Assembly (NCBI RefSeq): GCF_000372725.1
Contig: NW_005202427.1
Coordinates: forward strand, 701,090 to 763,047
Origin: Emiliania huxleyi CCMP1516
Taxonomy: Eukaryota
DNA length: 61,958 nucleotides
Direction: 5' to 3'
This document shows positions 25,284 to 36,760 of this stretch, piece after piece (the stretch's first letter is position 1; every line of letters begins with the position of its first letter). A model generated the notes under the pieces. The model worked only from the letters and a program-made list of their open reading frames with translations, did no database searches and had not been told where the DNA came from. The position numbers and the translations under genes are program-made.

Positions 25284-28200
25284 TCAGGCCTTGCTGCCAT
25301 CGGTCGTGTACGCCGAGCCCATGATCGGGCGCGCAATGACCTTGGTTGCCAGGAACCCGATGAGGATGCCGGCGACGATGCAGCCGACGGCGATGCCGGC
25401 AACCGCCCCGCCACCGAGTCCGTCACCATCGTCGTCGTCGTCGTCAGATGCCGGCGGCGGCAGCGGCGGCAGCGGCGGCGGCGGGAGGAGAGCCGGGCAC
25501 CAGCTGTACTCGATGGCCGGCGAGGCGCAGGCGTAGGCGCCAGGCGCCAGCCCGGTCGTCCGGTAGTGCTCGCCCTCGACGAACGGGACTTGCACGCACG
25601 TGGTCTGCACGCGAGGGGGGCGGCGGGTGTTGGCGCACACAGTTGTGTCTGATGCCAGCCGCTACGCGTGGGGGTGCTAGCCGAGCGCCACGCACATCCG
25701 CTGGGATGAGCTTGGCCGCATCTTTGAGCTTGTTGCCCACGGTATCGAGGATGCTCGAGGCGTGGCCGTACGAGTACTCCAGGGTGGTGATCGGGTACAC
25801 GGCGTACTGCTTTGCGGCGACAGCCGGGTGCGGCCACGCGACGGCAAAGGCGTCGCTCGTAAAGTCGAGGGCGACGCGGGGCTCGTAGAGCCAGAAGTCG
25901 ACATGGTACGGCACCGGCACGCCAGTGAGGCTGCCGCTCGACATCAAGTTGGTCGCCGACATGTCGCCAGTGTAGTCGGGCCAGCCTTTGGCGAAGTGAG
26001 CCTCGTAGTAGTTGCCTTGCGCGGTGTCGGTGTGGAGGATCTGCATGCCGAGCGCCTCGAGCATTGTCAGAGCAGGGTTGCGGTCTGGCGACTGCAGCCA
26101 CCCGCCAATGTCGCCCGTCTCCTGGTCTGGAGTGCCGAATGGGACGACGCCCGCAAGCGCCCGGACGCCGCGCTCCGACGCCGCACGTGCCGACTCCTTG
26201 AACTCCTCGGCACTGCGGCAAAACGCCTGCTTGGCGGCAGCGGTGGCCGCCCGCGTGTCTGCGCCAAGCGCTGCAGCCAGTTCCTCGAAGCGCTCCGCGA
26301 TCTCAATGAAGGACTTCTTCTGCTTGCCCGCCGCCGTGTCGTCGAGCAGGATGATTGGGACGCCCCGCTCGGCGGCCTTTGCGGTGACCTCGTCGTCGAT
26401 GATGAACGCGGCAAAGAGCGGGCCCGCGACGATGATGTCGGGCCAGCCCTGCTCGTCGAGGATCGTCACGTTGAACTCGGAGCACCAGTCGTTGGCGCCG
26501 GAGCAGCTGGGCGAGACGTCAATCTTCTGCGCGAGGAGCGCCTGCTCCTCCGCCGTCGGGTCCGTCGGGAAGTGAGGCGCGGCGTACGGTGAGGCGGCGT
26601 GATCGACGCCGTAGGTGACCTTGTTGTAGTTGGCGTACACGCCGTTGACGTTCGAGCCCGACGTGCCGCGCTCGCCAAACGTACCAATGACCTGGCTCGC
26701 CGGCAGGCCCATGTCGATGAGAGTGAAAGCTTGGAAGGCGCCAGCGACGACAGTCGGGTTCGACGTCCACCAGACGTGCGTCGTCCCGTGGTCGTCCGTG
26801 AATGTGCCGGTGTGCGGCGGGGGTGACGGCGACACAGCGGCGCATGCGCCGTCGACGAGCTCATAGCCGGCCTTGATGCTCCACGCAGTAGCGGCCGCCT
26901 CTGGCGAGCAGTACTGACAGCTGCTGAGGACTTTGTTCGAATGCGTGCGCCTCTGGGTGAACAGGCGCGCTTCGTCCTCCCAGCAGATGCCGTCAACAAA
27001 GCAATGCGTAGTCCCCTGGCTCGAGCCGGGAGTCCACTCCGTCTGGCTGCTCGCTGCGTCGCACTGGTGGCACGGCGCGCCGAAGGCCTCAGCTGTGTCG
27101 CCATCCAAGTAGCACACGCCGTCGATGAAACAGGAGCCGCTCGTGATCGTGGCGGTGTCGGTCGTCCCAGAGCATGCGGAAAGGCACTCCGGCACGGCCT
27201 CCTCCGCCGACGCGAGCTTCGCCACGAACAGGTGCGTCTCTTCCGATGTGACCGGCGAGGTCTTAGTGTCGTCGGCCTGGCCGCCCTGCTCGAGGTTCCT
27301 GGTCTGCAGGCCGCCCGGCCCGGCCCAGTTCATCACGCTCGACTTGGTGTACCCCACGCTGTAGGTGTTCCCCTCTGCGTCCACCACCATATCGTAGACG
27401 CGGTCAGACAGCCCGCCGCCAGAGTGGAGGACGTATGCGCCTTGGCCGGCAGCGGTGGTCAGCTTGGCGTGGTAGATGCCCCAGCGCTGCGAGCCGAGCC
27501 CCCCGGCGCGAAGGTAGCCTGGAAGCACGCGGTCACCAAAGGTGCGCCCCGACTCCGGCCAAGAGTAGTAGTACCAGCCCGTTGCCATGATCGACTTGCC
27601 GTCGGGCATCACGGCGAGCCCAGCCACCATCGGCAGGTCTTTGGACCACACGGGCAGGCCGGTGTACTTGTGGTACTTGACGATGCAAGCGTCGCCGTCC
27701 GTCTTGTCGCCGCAGAGGACGTAGGTCTTTGCGGCGGCCGCTGGGACGGCATCAGCGTCTGTCTGCGCGACAAAGGTGGAGCCCGGCGGGCAATCGTCGG
27801 CGGTGATTCGCTTGGACGTCGAGATGTCCATCTCGTACTCGGGCGTCACGGCCCCGTCGGCCGCCTTGCAGCCCGCGTACGGAGTCCCGGCGTCCAAGGT
27901 GACGGCGCCTATCTCTGCTGCGTCGTCGAAGGCGGCGTAGAGGTACGGCCCGTCGGCCGGAGCCGCGAGCTCGATGTCGCCAGACTGATCGAACACGCCC
28001 CAGCGTGGAGAGGCTTGGAAGGTGCGAATCCAGTCGGTCGTGCCGTCGCTCGCCGACAGACGCGCGGTCACGGCGCACGACGCGTGCTCGCAGTTGGCGT
28101 GTGCCTTCCCGTTGGCCGAGCCGCCATAGGTGGTCGTGGCGGTGAAGTAGATGGAGTCGTCGCTCGCGTCGTGCTTGAGCCAGAGGGCCGCGCCGAGGTC

Positions 28201-29357
28201 GCTGAACTTGCGCTCCCAGGCGACAGCGCCGTCGGCCGCGGCGAACTTGGCGACGATGCCGTGGCACATCTTGGCCGTCTCGCCAGCCGCCACAGCGCAC
28301 TCATAGCCCGAGCCGTACACGTTGCCGCTCGCGTCGACGTCGACGCCGACGATTTGCGCGTCGCTGTTCGATTGGGGGTAGTGCACGATCCAGTGCGCCT
28401 TGCCGGTCGACGCGTCCGCCTTGATCACGAAGCCGTCGTCGACGCCCGTGTGCGCCGACGCGTCCCTTACGTTCGGGTGGAACTGGTCCGCGAGCGCTGG
28501 CAGGTCGCCGGGGGGGACGTTCGAGTTCCGGATGGTTTTCTTCGTCCCGTCGGTCATCTCGGCGGAGAGGTTGCCTGTGAAATGGCCTGAGACGGCGAGC
28601 ACATTGCCGGATGCCGCCATGCCGCTCGCCTCGTCCATGCCATCCCCGCCGTAGACGAAGACGTCAACCTGAGGGGGGTTTGAGGCGGGAGGCAGGATGG
28701 CGGGAGGCTGGATGGCTGCAGGGAGGCCGGAGGGCAGGCAGCGAGGCCAGAGGGCGGCAGCGGCAGGGCGGCAGGAGACCGGAGGGCAGGCAGGCCAGAG
28801 GGCGGCAGCGGCAGGGCGGCAGGAGACCGGAGGGCAGGCAGGTCAGAGGGCGGCAGCGGCAGGGCGGCAGGAGACCGGAGGCAGGCAGGCCAGAGGGCGG
28901 CAGCGGCAGGGCGGCAGGAGACCGGAGGGCAGGCAGGCCAGAGGGCGGCAGGCCGGCAGCGGCAGGGTGAGAATAGGAGGGGGGCAGTGCTGTATCGCGG
29001 GTGATCGTGGGGTGGCGCACAGGCTCTCCGGTGGTGATATCGATCTTTGCCACGCCAACTTCGTACGCACGCCATGAGCCGCCAGCATTCTCCTTTGCGC
29101 CGCCGCTCGTTGGGTAGGACTCGAGGTCCACCTCGACAGTTGTGGCGTTGGTCCCGTCCGGGTCAATGGTGGTGAAGGGGCCCGTGATGCCGTAGTCCGC
29201 TGTGCTCTCGACGAATCCGTCTGCTTCTGGGTTAAGGGTACTCTTGAGGAACCCTCCCGCAAAGATGTAGTCGCCGGCAATCGCAGACGCCATGCCGTAC
29301 ATACGCCCTGTGGTGTAGGTGCCGTAGACGGCCCACTCGAACTCTGGCACCTCACAT
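25284..29357 (-). CDS. large single-pass surface protein: beta-propeller + Cys-rich linker + periplasmic-binding-protein-like (Fe-siderophore/B12 type) domain + C-terminal TM
   Basis: Propeller-type repeats (VDVDASGNVYGSG, MVVDAEGNTYSVG), CFIDGVC repeats, TFTDDHGTTH..PTVVAG..LIDMGL start of an SBP-like domain, PDIIV, AWPHPAVAAKQ, and TM GAVAGIAVGCIVAGILIGFLA. The signal-peptide exon is unresolved. Confidence 0.7.
28715..28950. repeat. intronic minisatellite (~45-50 bp unit)
   Basis: CAGAGGGCGGCAGCGGCAGGGCGGCAGGAGACCGGAGG(G)CAGGCAGG repeated about 4 times. Confidence 0.9.
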
Positions 29358-30242
29358 GCCTTGAAGAGAGGGAAAACCCGGATGGGAGGGCCGAGACCAC
29401 CCTAGTTCGTCATCCGCAACGCTTGTTGCATGTTGGCTTCTAAAAAAACTCTCTCCGCTTTGTGTATTATCGAGACCTCGAGCAGTCAGCGCTTTGATCC
29501 CAATCACGACACATGTGTGACTCGCCTAGTGTGGAGACGCCGTGTACCGTGGGGCCTTGTTGTCCCTGCACGGGAGGCCCGGTGGAGGTAAACAGCAGCA
29601 GCAGAGACCTGAAGCAGAACACATCGCAACCGCATCGTCCGCACTGCCATCGGCATGCCGCGCCCGCCGCTTCGCCGCAGCCGCCTTAAGACACGCATAG
29701 CGGCAGCACAAGGAACGGTGCGCGTACTTGAGCAGGAGTTGCGCGCCGCAAGTAGCGCACTGGCCCTGGGACAAGGCGATATGGCGTCGTGCGCGGCATA
29801 CGTTGGTCGGGACCGCTTCCGGAGACCACCACGGAAGGCGAGAAGGTGGTCACGCTCTCACTGAGGAGGCCGACAAAGCAGGGTGGAAACCCTGCGGTGC
29901 GGCTGAAGACGCTGCGGGCCGGAAGTACCATCCATTCTGCCTATTTGAGTGCCCTTTCCAAGAGCATAGGGAGCTGGGAGGCCGGGAAGCCCGGCTACGA
30001 ATTCTGCAACATGGAGATTGCAGGAACCAATCTGGGTTTCAAAAGCAGTTCCCGCTCAATGTCAAAGAGTACATGTACATGTGCATGTGCATGTCATGTG
30101 TCCAGCGCAGGAACACGTTGGACAAGCACAACACGGACTGTCGCAAACGCACCGCGCGAACTTTCCGGACCTTCATGGCGAGCAATAAGCGGGAGAGACC
30201 TGTATGGTCCTCAACATCACGGAGTCGCCTGTCTCGCCAACA

Positions 30243-30638
30243 CAGCGCGTCGCGGGTGATCTGGCCCGCCTGCGGCGCCGCGGGCGGCGTGAGCAGGCCG
30301 AGGGCGGCGCCGGGAGAGGGCGAGGCGGCCGGCGCAAACGCCGTCTGCTGCCACCCACGGCGGCGAGAGGCGAATGGGCGGCGGCGGCGGCGGCGAGGGC
30401 AGGCGGTGTGCGTTGTCGCGGGCGGTCCGGGCGGCCGCGCCTCCAGAAAGTCGCCGGACTGCAGCGCGATCGAGAGAGGCACGTGGTCAAAGCCGCAGTC
30501 GGACTCGAGAGCCGGCGGCGTCTCAGGCATGACCGCGGCGCACACCATCCGAGCAGACGAGACGCGCGGCGGCGCGAGGCGGCTGGCGGGCGCCGTGAAG
30601 GCGAGGCCGAGCGTCACGAGGGCGGCGACTGTCGTCAT
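30243..30638 (-). pseudogene. GUN4: 5' part of a plastid-targeted GUN4-like gene, apparently truncated
   Basis: Bipartite-like leader (AALVTLGLAF...RVSSARM), then LESDCGFDHVPLSIALQSGDFLE|AGQITRDAL. No further GUN4 motifs are recognisable downstream. Confidence 0.6.
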
Positions 30639-32223
30639 ACGTGTATGGGGTGGTCCGAACGGACAGCGAGTACGCGATGGCGTGTGCGATGGGGATAATT
30701 TCCCCGGGGGAGAACGCACAACTAGCGAGCTATCTTCGAGCAGCGTGGCGGCATTTAGCGTCGAGGCACGAAGTGACATGGAGACACGTCAAGGGGCACA
30801 GTGGTCATAGTTGAACGACTACGTCGATAAACAAGCTGACCTCGGCAGGAGCGGAGCGAGGGATTGCGGGTTTGCGGCGCGCCGGAGTGGCAAGACGAAT
30901 ATCCCAACGAACGCAGACGACGGGGAGAGCGCAGCACCGTGGGCGACGACATGCCTATCAACGGAGGAGGTACAACCATCCCACTCGACGACATTGGTGA
31001 TGGGGCCTCTAGTTACGCCGATGACCCACCCGACTCCCCCCCGTTTAAGCGAACCGCCGCCTAGCGCCCCACCCTCGCCGCCTATTAAAGCGCCCTCCAG
31101 TCGTGGAGCAGGGGGTGCGAAAAGTTTCACCCATCGCGCGGGCAAGCTAGGGCTCCAAAAAAATCGCGAAAAGGAAAACAGGCGCGCGCCACCGCCAGCG
31201 CGCCGCCGCCGGCGCCCAAAAGAGGCGCAAGGGCGTACGATCCCACAATATTTCCCATGGCTAGTTCCAATTCACTCTGACACGCTAATCTTGAAAACGC
31301 GTCCAACGGAGCTCCGTGTTGCTCCCAGCGGAATCCCCCGCGCTTCCTGCGGCCATGGCCGATGATACTAGTATGAGAGGTCATCTGGCTACCGCGAGCG
31401 GCCGCGACTCAACTCGCCGACGTCGTCCGATGATTGTGCCTCAAAGTCAGCCTTCGGAGGCTATCGTGGGGTCGAGCCGGCGGTAGCCGTGACATGTGGT
31501 TCCACCACCCCTCGCAGGCTTTGCCTCTGACCGCCACCGTTCCCAGGCTGCCTAATGGGATGGAAAGGAAGGCTGGGCGAGCGTATAGAAGCGTGCTCGA
31601 CCTCGTCGTGGCAACCTGCACGGCAGCGCTGGTAGGCGCGATGAGCGTCGTGCCACCTGACCCAAGACGGGTCGCAGGCGTCGTACCGAGCGTGTCGAGA
31701 CCGTGTCCTGATGTGATCTGCACGGGTGAGTCACGTCGGCGTCAAAGGAGCGACGTGCGACCTGTCAGAGCTTGATCTCTCCGATCTCAGCGGCGTCGAG
31801 TCGTCTCCGGCGCGCGACAAAGCATAAGGTACATACCCAGGACGCGCAGAGGCAGCTGCGACCCAGCGGAGTGGACGGTAACACACCGCGCCACCTGCTG
31901 TGTGTTACCGTCTACTCGGCGGGGACGCAGCTGCCTCTGGAAGGCACCGAGAGGTACCTTTTTGCGCAAATGGTGACAATCAAGAGGTTTTGTAACGCGG
32001 GCTGTGCCATAGTGAAATGGAACTAGCCCATGCTCGATGATGGGTTGAGTGTTGAGAGATACTGGTAACTAGAATTTATCTAGTGTATGTAGGAATGTAG
32101 GCGCCACCACTCTTGAGACACCCCGGGGCCTTGAGCAGGAGCTCCCGCGTTGTATCCGTAACGAGAGAGCCCGCGAGCCCACGTCTTGAGAGAGGGGCGC
32201 TGTGTGGCAGCTGCCCCGCCGGC

Positions 32224-33927
32224 TCACTTCCACCGGAAGTCGGGCGGCACGACCTTGGCCTTGGTGAGCTTCTTGTCGGCCTTGAGCTCGTTGCGCAGCT
32301 GCACCGACTCGGAGGCGGGCACGAACCTGCAGGGTGGGCGGGCGGCGGGTTCTTCAACAAGCGGGGAGGCCATTTTGGACCCTCCCCCCCCCCCCCCCCC
32401 CTCCCCCCTCGCCGCCCTGCCCCCCCTCGCCGCCGCGTCCCCCCCTCGCCAGGCGACCCCGCGCTCGCACTCGATGCTCGAGATCTCCCCATATCTCCCC
32501 ACATCTCCCCATATCTCCCCATATCTCGCACTCGATGCTCGAGATCTCCCCATATCTCCCCACATCTCCCCACATCTCCCCATATCTCGCACTCGATGCG
32601 AGATCTCCCCATATCTCCCCACATCTCCCCACATCTCCCCATATCTCGCACTCGATGCTCGAGATCTCCCCATATCTCCCCACATCTCCCCACATCTCCC
32701 CATATCTCGCACTCGATGCTCGAGATCTCCGCCTCCGCGGCGGCGGTGTCCGCCGAGACGGCGTGACTCAGCTGCGCGAGCATCTCCAGCAAGTCAACCA
32801 CGACCACCTGATGTCATCGCTGACGACGGTTTCATGAGCTATTACCAGGACAATCACGACCACCTGCACAGCGCCGCGGGGAGGATGCCCTCTCTCCGCC
32901 GGCGAGATCTGGGGAGATATGGGGAGATCTGGGGAGATCTGGGGAGATACGGGGAGGATGCCCTCTCCCCGCCGGCGAGAGAGCGGCCTCGGCTGCCTCT
33001 CTCGGCCGCGCCGCGCGCCTCCTGCTTGACGCCCGCGCCGTCGGCGGCCGCCGCCGTCTGCTCCATCGCCGCGGCCGCGTCCTTTTGCGAGAGGAAGACG
33101 GGTCGCACCTGCGGCGCACCGGAGGGCGGCTGGAGGAGGGAGGCGCCCGTCTCCGCCCCCCCCCCCTCTCCCCTGCGAGGCGCCTCCTTCCCCCGCTTGT
33201 CGTACGCCAGCCCGTTAACCATGTACGCCGGCAGCTTCGGCGCCACCGGCGCCTTCATCGAACGCACCATCAGCGCCTGCGCCGCGCGAACCTCGGCCGC
33301 GTGCGGCGCAAACTGCCACACCATCGTGAGCTCGCGGTTCGTGACCTGCGAGGCGCGCCGGCCGACGCGTGGGCGCCCGCTCCCCGCCCGCCCTCCCGTG
33401 CCCACCCCTCCCCGCCCCTCGCCCGCGGCGTGCGCCTGGTCACGGAGCCCCGAGAAGGAGGGCGGCTTCGAGGCGAGCTGGTAGGCGCGCTCCAGGTTGG
33501 AGATGGTGATCTTGGCGCCGGACGAGGCGCCGTTCGGCGCCTTGAGCACGCCCTGCAGCATCTTCTGCGCCTCGGCGGGGAAGAGAAACAGCAGCGCCGA
33601 CTGGTCGCCGCCCGGGATCTGCGAGAGGAACGGCGAGCCGCCGTCGTTTGTGACGACAAAGACGGGCACCTTGGCGAGCTTGGAGCGAAGCTGTAGCCGA
33701 CAGCGCTTCTGCAGGGCGGCGCTGCCCGCACGCGAGGCGGCCGCCTCGGCCACCGGCGCCGCGATCGCGCCACCGAGAGCCCTGCCGCCCGCAATCAGCT
33801 CTGGCGAGGCCACGCCGGCGAGCACCACCGCCAGCGCCGTCGCGATGCGGCCGCCGGCGCCGCTCATCGAGGCGGTGGCAGCAGACGGGCTGCAGATGGA
33901 GCGCCAGCGCGGCTGGGCGAGCACCAT
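32224..33927 (-). CDS. TIC22: Tic22-like plastid protein-import chaperone (multi-exon)
   Basis: KLAKVPVFVVTNDGGSPFL, LERAY, WQFAPHAAEVRAA, PVFLSQKD, VVDL and FVPASESV match the Tic22 layout. Confidence 0.8.
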
Positions 33928-34949
33928 ACCCGGGTATCACGTGCTTGCGGGAGGTGGCGGCGAGAGAGCTGCGAGGGAAAAGAATTCTTCGCGGGTTCAG
34001 AAGCCCTGATACAAGAAAAAAACTTTGAACAGCGCTTCATTCGAATGGCGTTCGCCTCGGACGGCCTGCCGCCGCCGGCGCACAACGCTGCCGCTGCCGA
34101 GGGCGCGGCGCGCGGCCGCGACGGCGCGCAAGCGGCCGATGATGGCCAGAGACCCGGCGTCAAGCGCCGACTCGACGGCGAGCTCGCGAGCGCGCGCGTC
34201 GGCGTCGACGACGCCAAAGGAGGCGACACCATTATGGTGGACGCCACGCACATGGCCGCTGCGGCGGCCGCCGGCACCGACAGCACCACGAAGCGCCTGC
34301 TGCACGTCGCGCTCGCGGCGCGCGACGGCACGCACATCCCTGACATCAAAAACAAGACGGCGCTCGTGGACTTGCTGCTGGTGCTCCTCAAAAAAATCCC
34401 CGCCGCCGCATAACTGCACTCCAAGTGCTCCAAGTGCCGCCCTCTTCGCATTCGCCCTTTCTGCCGCCCCCCTTCCCGCCGCCCCCCTCTCGGTCGCCTC
34501 CATCTCCGCCGCCCCCCTCGCCGCCGCCGCCGCCCTCCCCTCCGCCGCCCCCCTTCGCCGTGCCATGGCTGTGCGGGGCGTCCGTGCTGCTGACGGTCGC
34601 TGGCGGAGCAAAGGTCGGGACGGCGCCAGCCAGGTCAGCGTGCTTGCTGGACCTGGTGCGAGGTGTGACGGCAGAGGCGGCCAACGGCGAAGAGCCGCCA
34701 CCGCCCCCTCTTGCGGGCTGGGGGTGGGCAGTGCTGGCGGCGCCGTTGCTAGCCTCGTTGGTGGCGCTGTGCAGCTGGCTGGCCCGGATTGCGCGAACAT
34801 GGATGTCACAGGCACGCTGGAGGATGCCGAGCGCAGCGGTTGCCCCCTCACCGCCGGGGAGCCCCCCGGAGCACGCGGGAGCCTCCTCGACCGCAACGGA
34901 CCACGGCACGATGCCGAGTCTCGTCGACGTTGTCGACGTGGAGGATGGA

Positions 34950-36760
34950 GACGAATGGCAAGTCGTGCGAGGCTTCGCGGCGGCACGGCCAGCTAGGGAC
35001 CCTTGACGCCCTCCTGGAGTACGCAAAGGGTGCGGTGCGGCACGCCGAGGACCTCGTGGGGCCAGAGAGACTCGAGGGGATCACGAGGGCGTCGAGGAGG
35101 AAGCTGCTCCACTTCGAGGGACGGCCGGAACTTGCGAGACAGGCGAGGCAGCTAGTGCAGATGGTGCTGCCGCACGTTGGCCTGGCGGACGAGCCGATCG
35201 GCGTCGTAAGGGACGACGGCAGCGTGGCGGGGGTCAGTTTGATCGTGACCCTGCCGGGGGCAGAGCAGCAGCCGTCTCACCTGGACGCGGACGTAGAAGA
35301 CGTCCACTCCGTTCTCGTGCCCCTCAACCAGCGGCGGCTCCACGTCGTGTCGCGGCAGGAACCGATCATGCTCGGACCGGGCGACGCCCTCGTCTTCAAC
35401 GCGGGCAAGCTTTGCCACGGCGGCGACGGGCTCGACCTGGGCGAGGACGTGAGAGTCGCACTCTTCGCATACGTGGGAAACGGTGTCACCGTGGAGGTCG
35501 TGACGCAGAACTTCGAGTGCGAGTGGGGGTCGCTGGCGCAGTGGGCGCGAGCCCTGCGCCCATGGAGGGGTTGGTTGCGGCGCTGCGGAAGCTCAAGGAC
35601 GAAAAGGTGGGAGAGGTGATCACCGAGTTACACGGCCGCCTGCTCACGGGGGACGCGGCACAGCGGCCCAGGCTCGGGGCGGGGGCTGCGGTGACGGTCC
35701 TGCGCAGCCTCGGGCGGGTGGCGGGGCGAGTGGCGTCGCCTCCGGTGCTGGCTGCGGTAGGAGCGGCCGCACATTGCTCGGTACCCCCCCTGCACTTCTA
35801 AGCCCGTCCCTGCTGCTAGGGGGGGGGGTCTGACCCCCCAGCCCGACCCCCCCAGCAGCCGAGCGCACTGGACCCAGCTCCCGCCTCCCGCCGCCCCCCC
35901 TCCCGCCCCCTCGGCTCGTGTTTGAGCGGTACGCTCGAGGCAGTTGTGTTCACCGCGCCTTCGAGCCCAATACACCTTCGTCGTGTCGAGTGCTGGCGTT
36001 TTACTAAAGACTTGTGACCATGGTGAGTCTATCTTGTACTACCACACAACACTCGGTGTCAGAGCGTCGCGCCTTCATCAATAGTCTCATCAGCGAGTGA
36101 TTGCTGGCCTGTGGCGTATGACCTCGCACGGATATCACCAACGACGAGCATGCGAAGATATTGAGCACTATCCGATGGACTTGTACAGCCCGCTGTGCTC
36201 TCCGCTGTGCCACGGCGTATGATGGGCTGCGAGAGCCGTATCTTCCCTCCTTGACGCAGAGGCGCCGCGAGGCACGAGAGGCGTAGAAGAGAGGCTGGCG
36301 TGCCCCGCACCGCCCGGTTGGCAGTAGGAGGCCCCGCCGGTGAGACCACTGATTTTGATGCCGACCATAAATTCTCGCAACTCGAACGCATGCTACTTAC
36401 AGCTGCTGTCTGTACACAGAGATGCCAGCACCCCCCACAGGCAGAGCGCTGCTGCTGGGGGGGGGGTCCCGACCCCCCCAGCAGCAGAGCGCTGCTGCTG
36501 GGGGGGGGGGGTCCGAACCCCCCAGCAGCAGAGCGTGCTGCTGGGGGGGGGGTCGGCCATGGGCTTAGGTGTGCAGGGGGGGTACCGAGCAGTGTGCGGC
36601 CGCTCTAGAGGCGGGGAGGTGGCCATCCGAGGCGCCCACCATGCTGTACAGCGCGCGGCTGGCGGTGGCGGTCGCGGACACGCTCGACCGCGTTGGGCCA
36701 CCCTCGCGTCCACCGGCCGGCAGAGCACCGCTTGGGCGACTCAGACGGCCCGCCCGACCA
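34950..36760 (+). pseudogene. 2OG-Fe(II) dioxygenase (PhyH-like) pseudogene, frameshifted and MITE-interrupted
   Basis: SLIVTLPGAEQQPSHLD (HxD) ... LGPGDALVF...HGG...RVALFAY. Frame changes occur near 35000 and 35540, and the downstream frame is split by the element at 35761-36605. Confidence 0.6.
35761..36605. mobile_element. non-autonomous DNA transposon (MITE) with ~45-bp TIRs and 3-bp TAG target-site duplication, PIF/Harbinger-like
   Basis: GAGCGGCCGCACATTGCTCGGTACCCCCCCTGCACTTCTAAGCCC at 35761 has an inverted copy ending at 36605. TAG occurs at 35758-60 and 36606-08. Confidence 0.88.

Noticed and set aside
2399..29357. ZIP transporter and putative siderophore receptor as a metal-uptake cluster
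   Set aside because: They are over 20 kb apart with unrelated genes between them.
34045..34413. 122-aa ORF divergent from Tic22
   Set aside because: Plausible, but no recognisable domain, so it cannot be supported.
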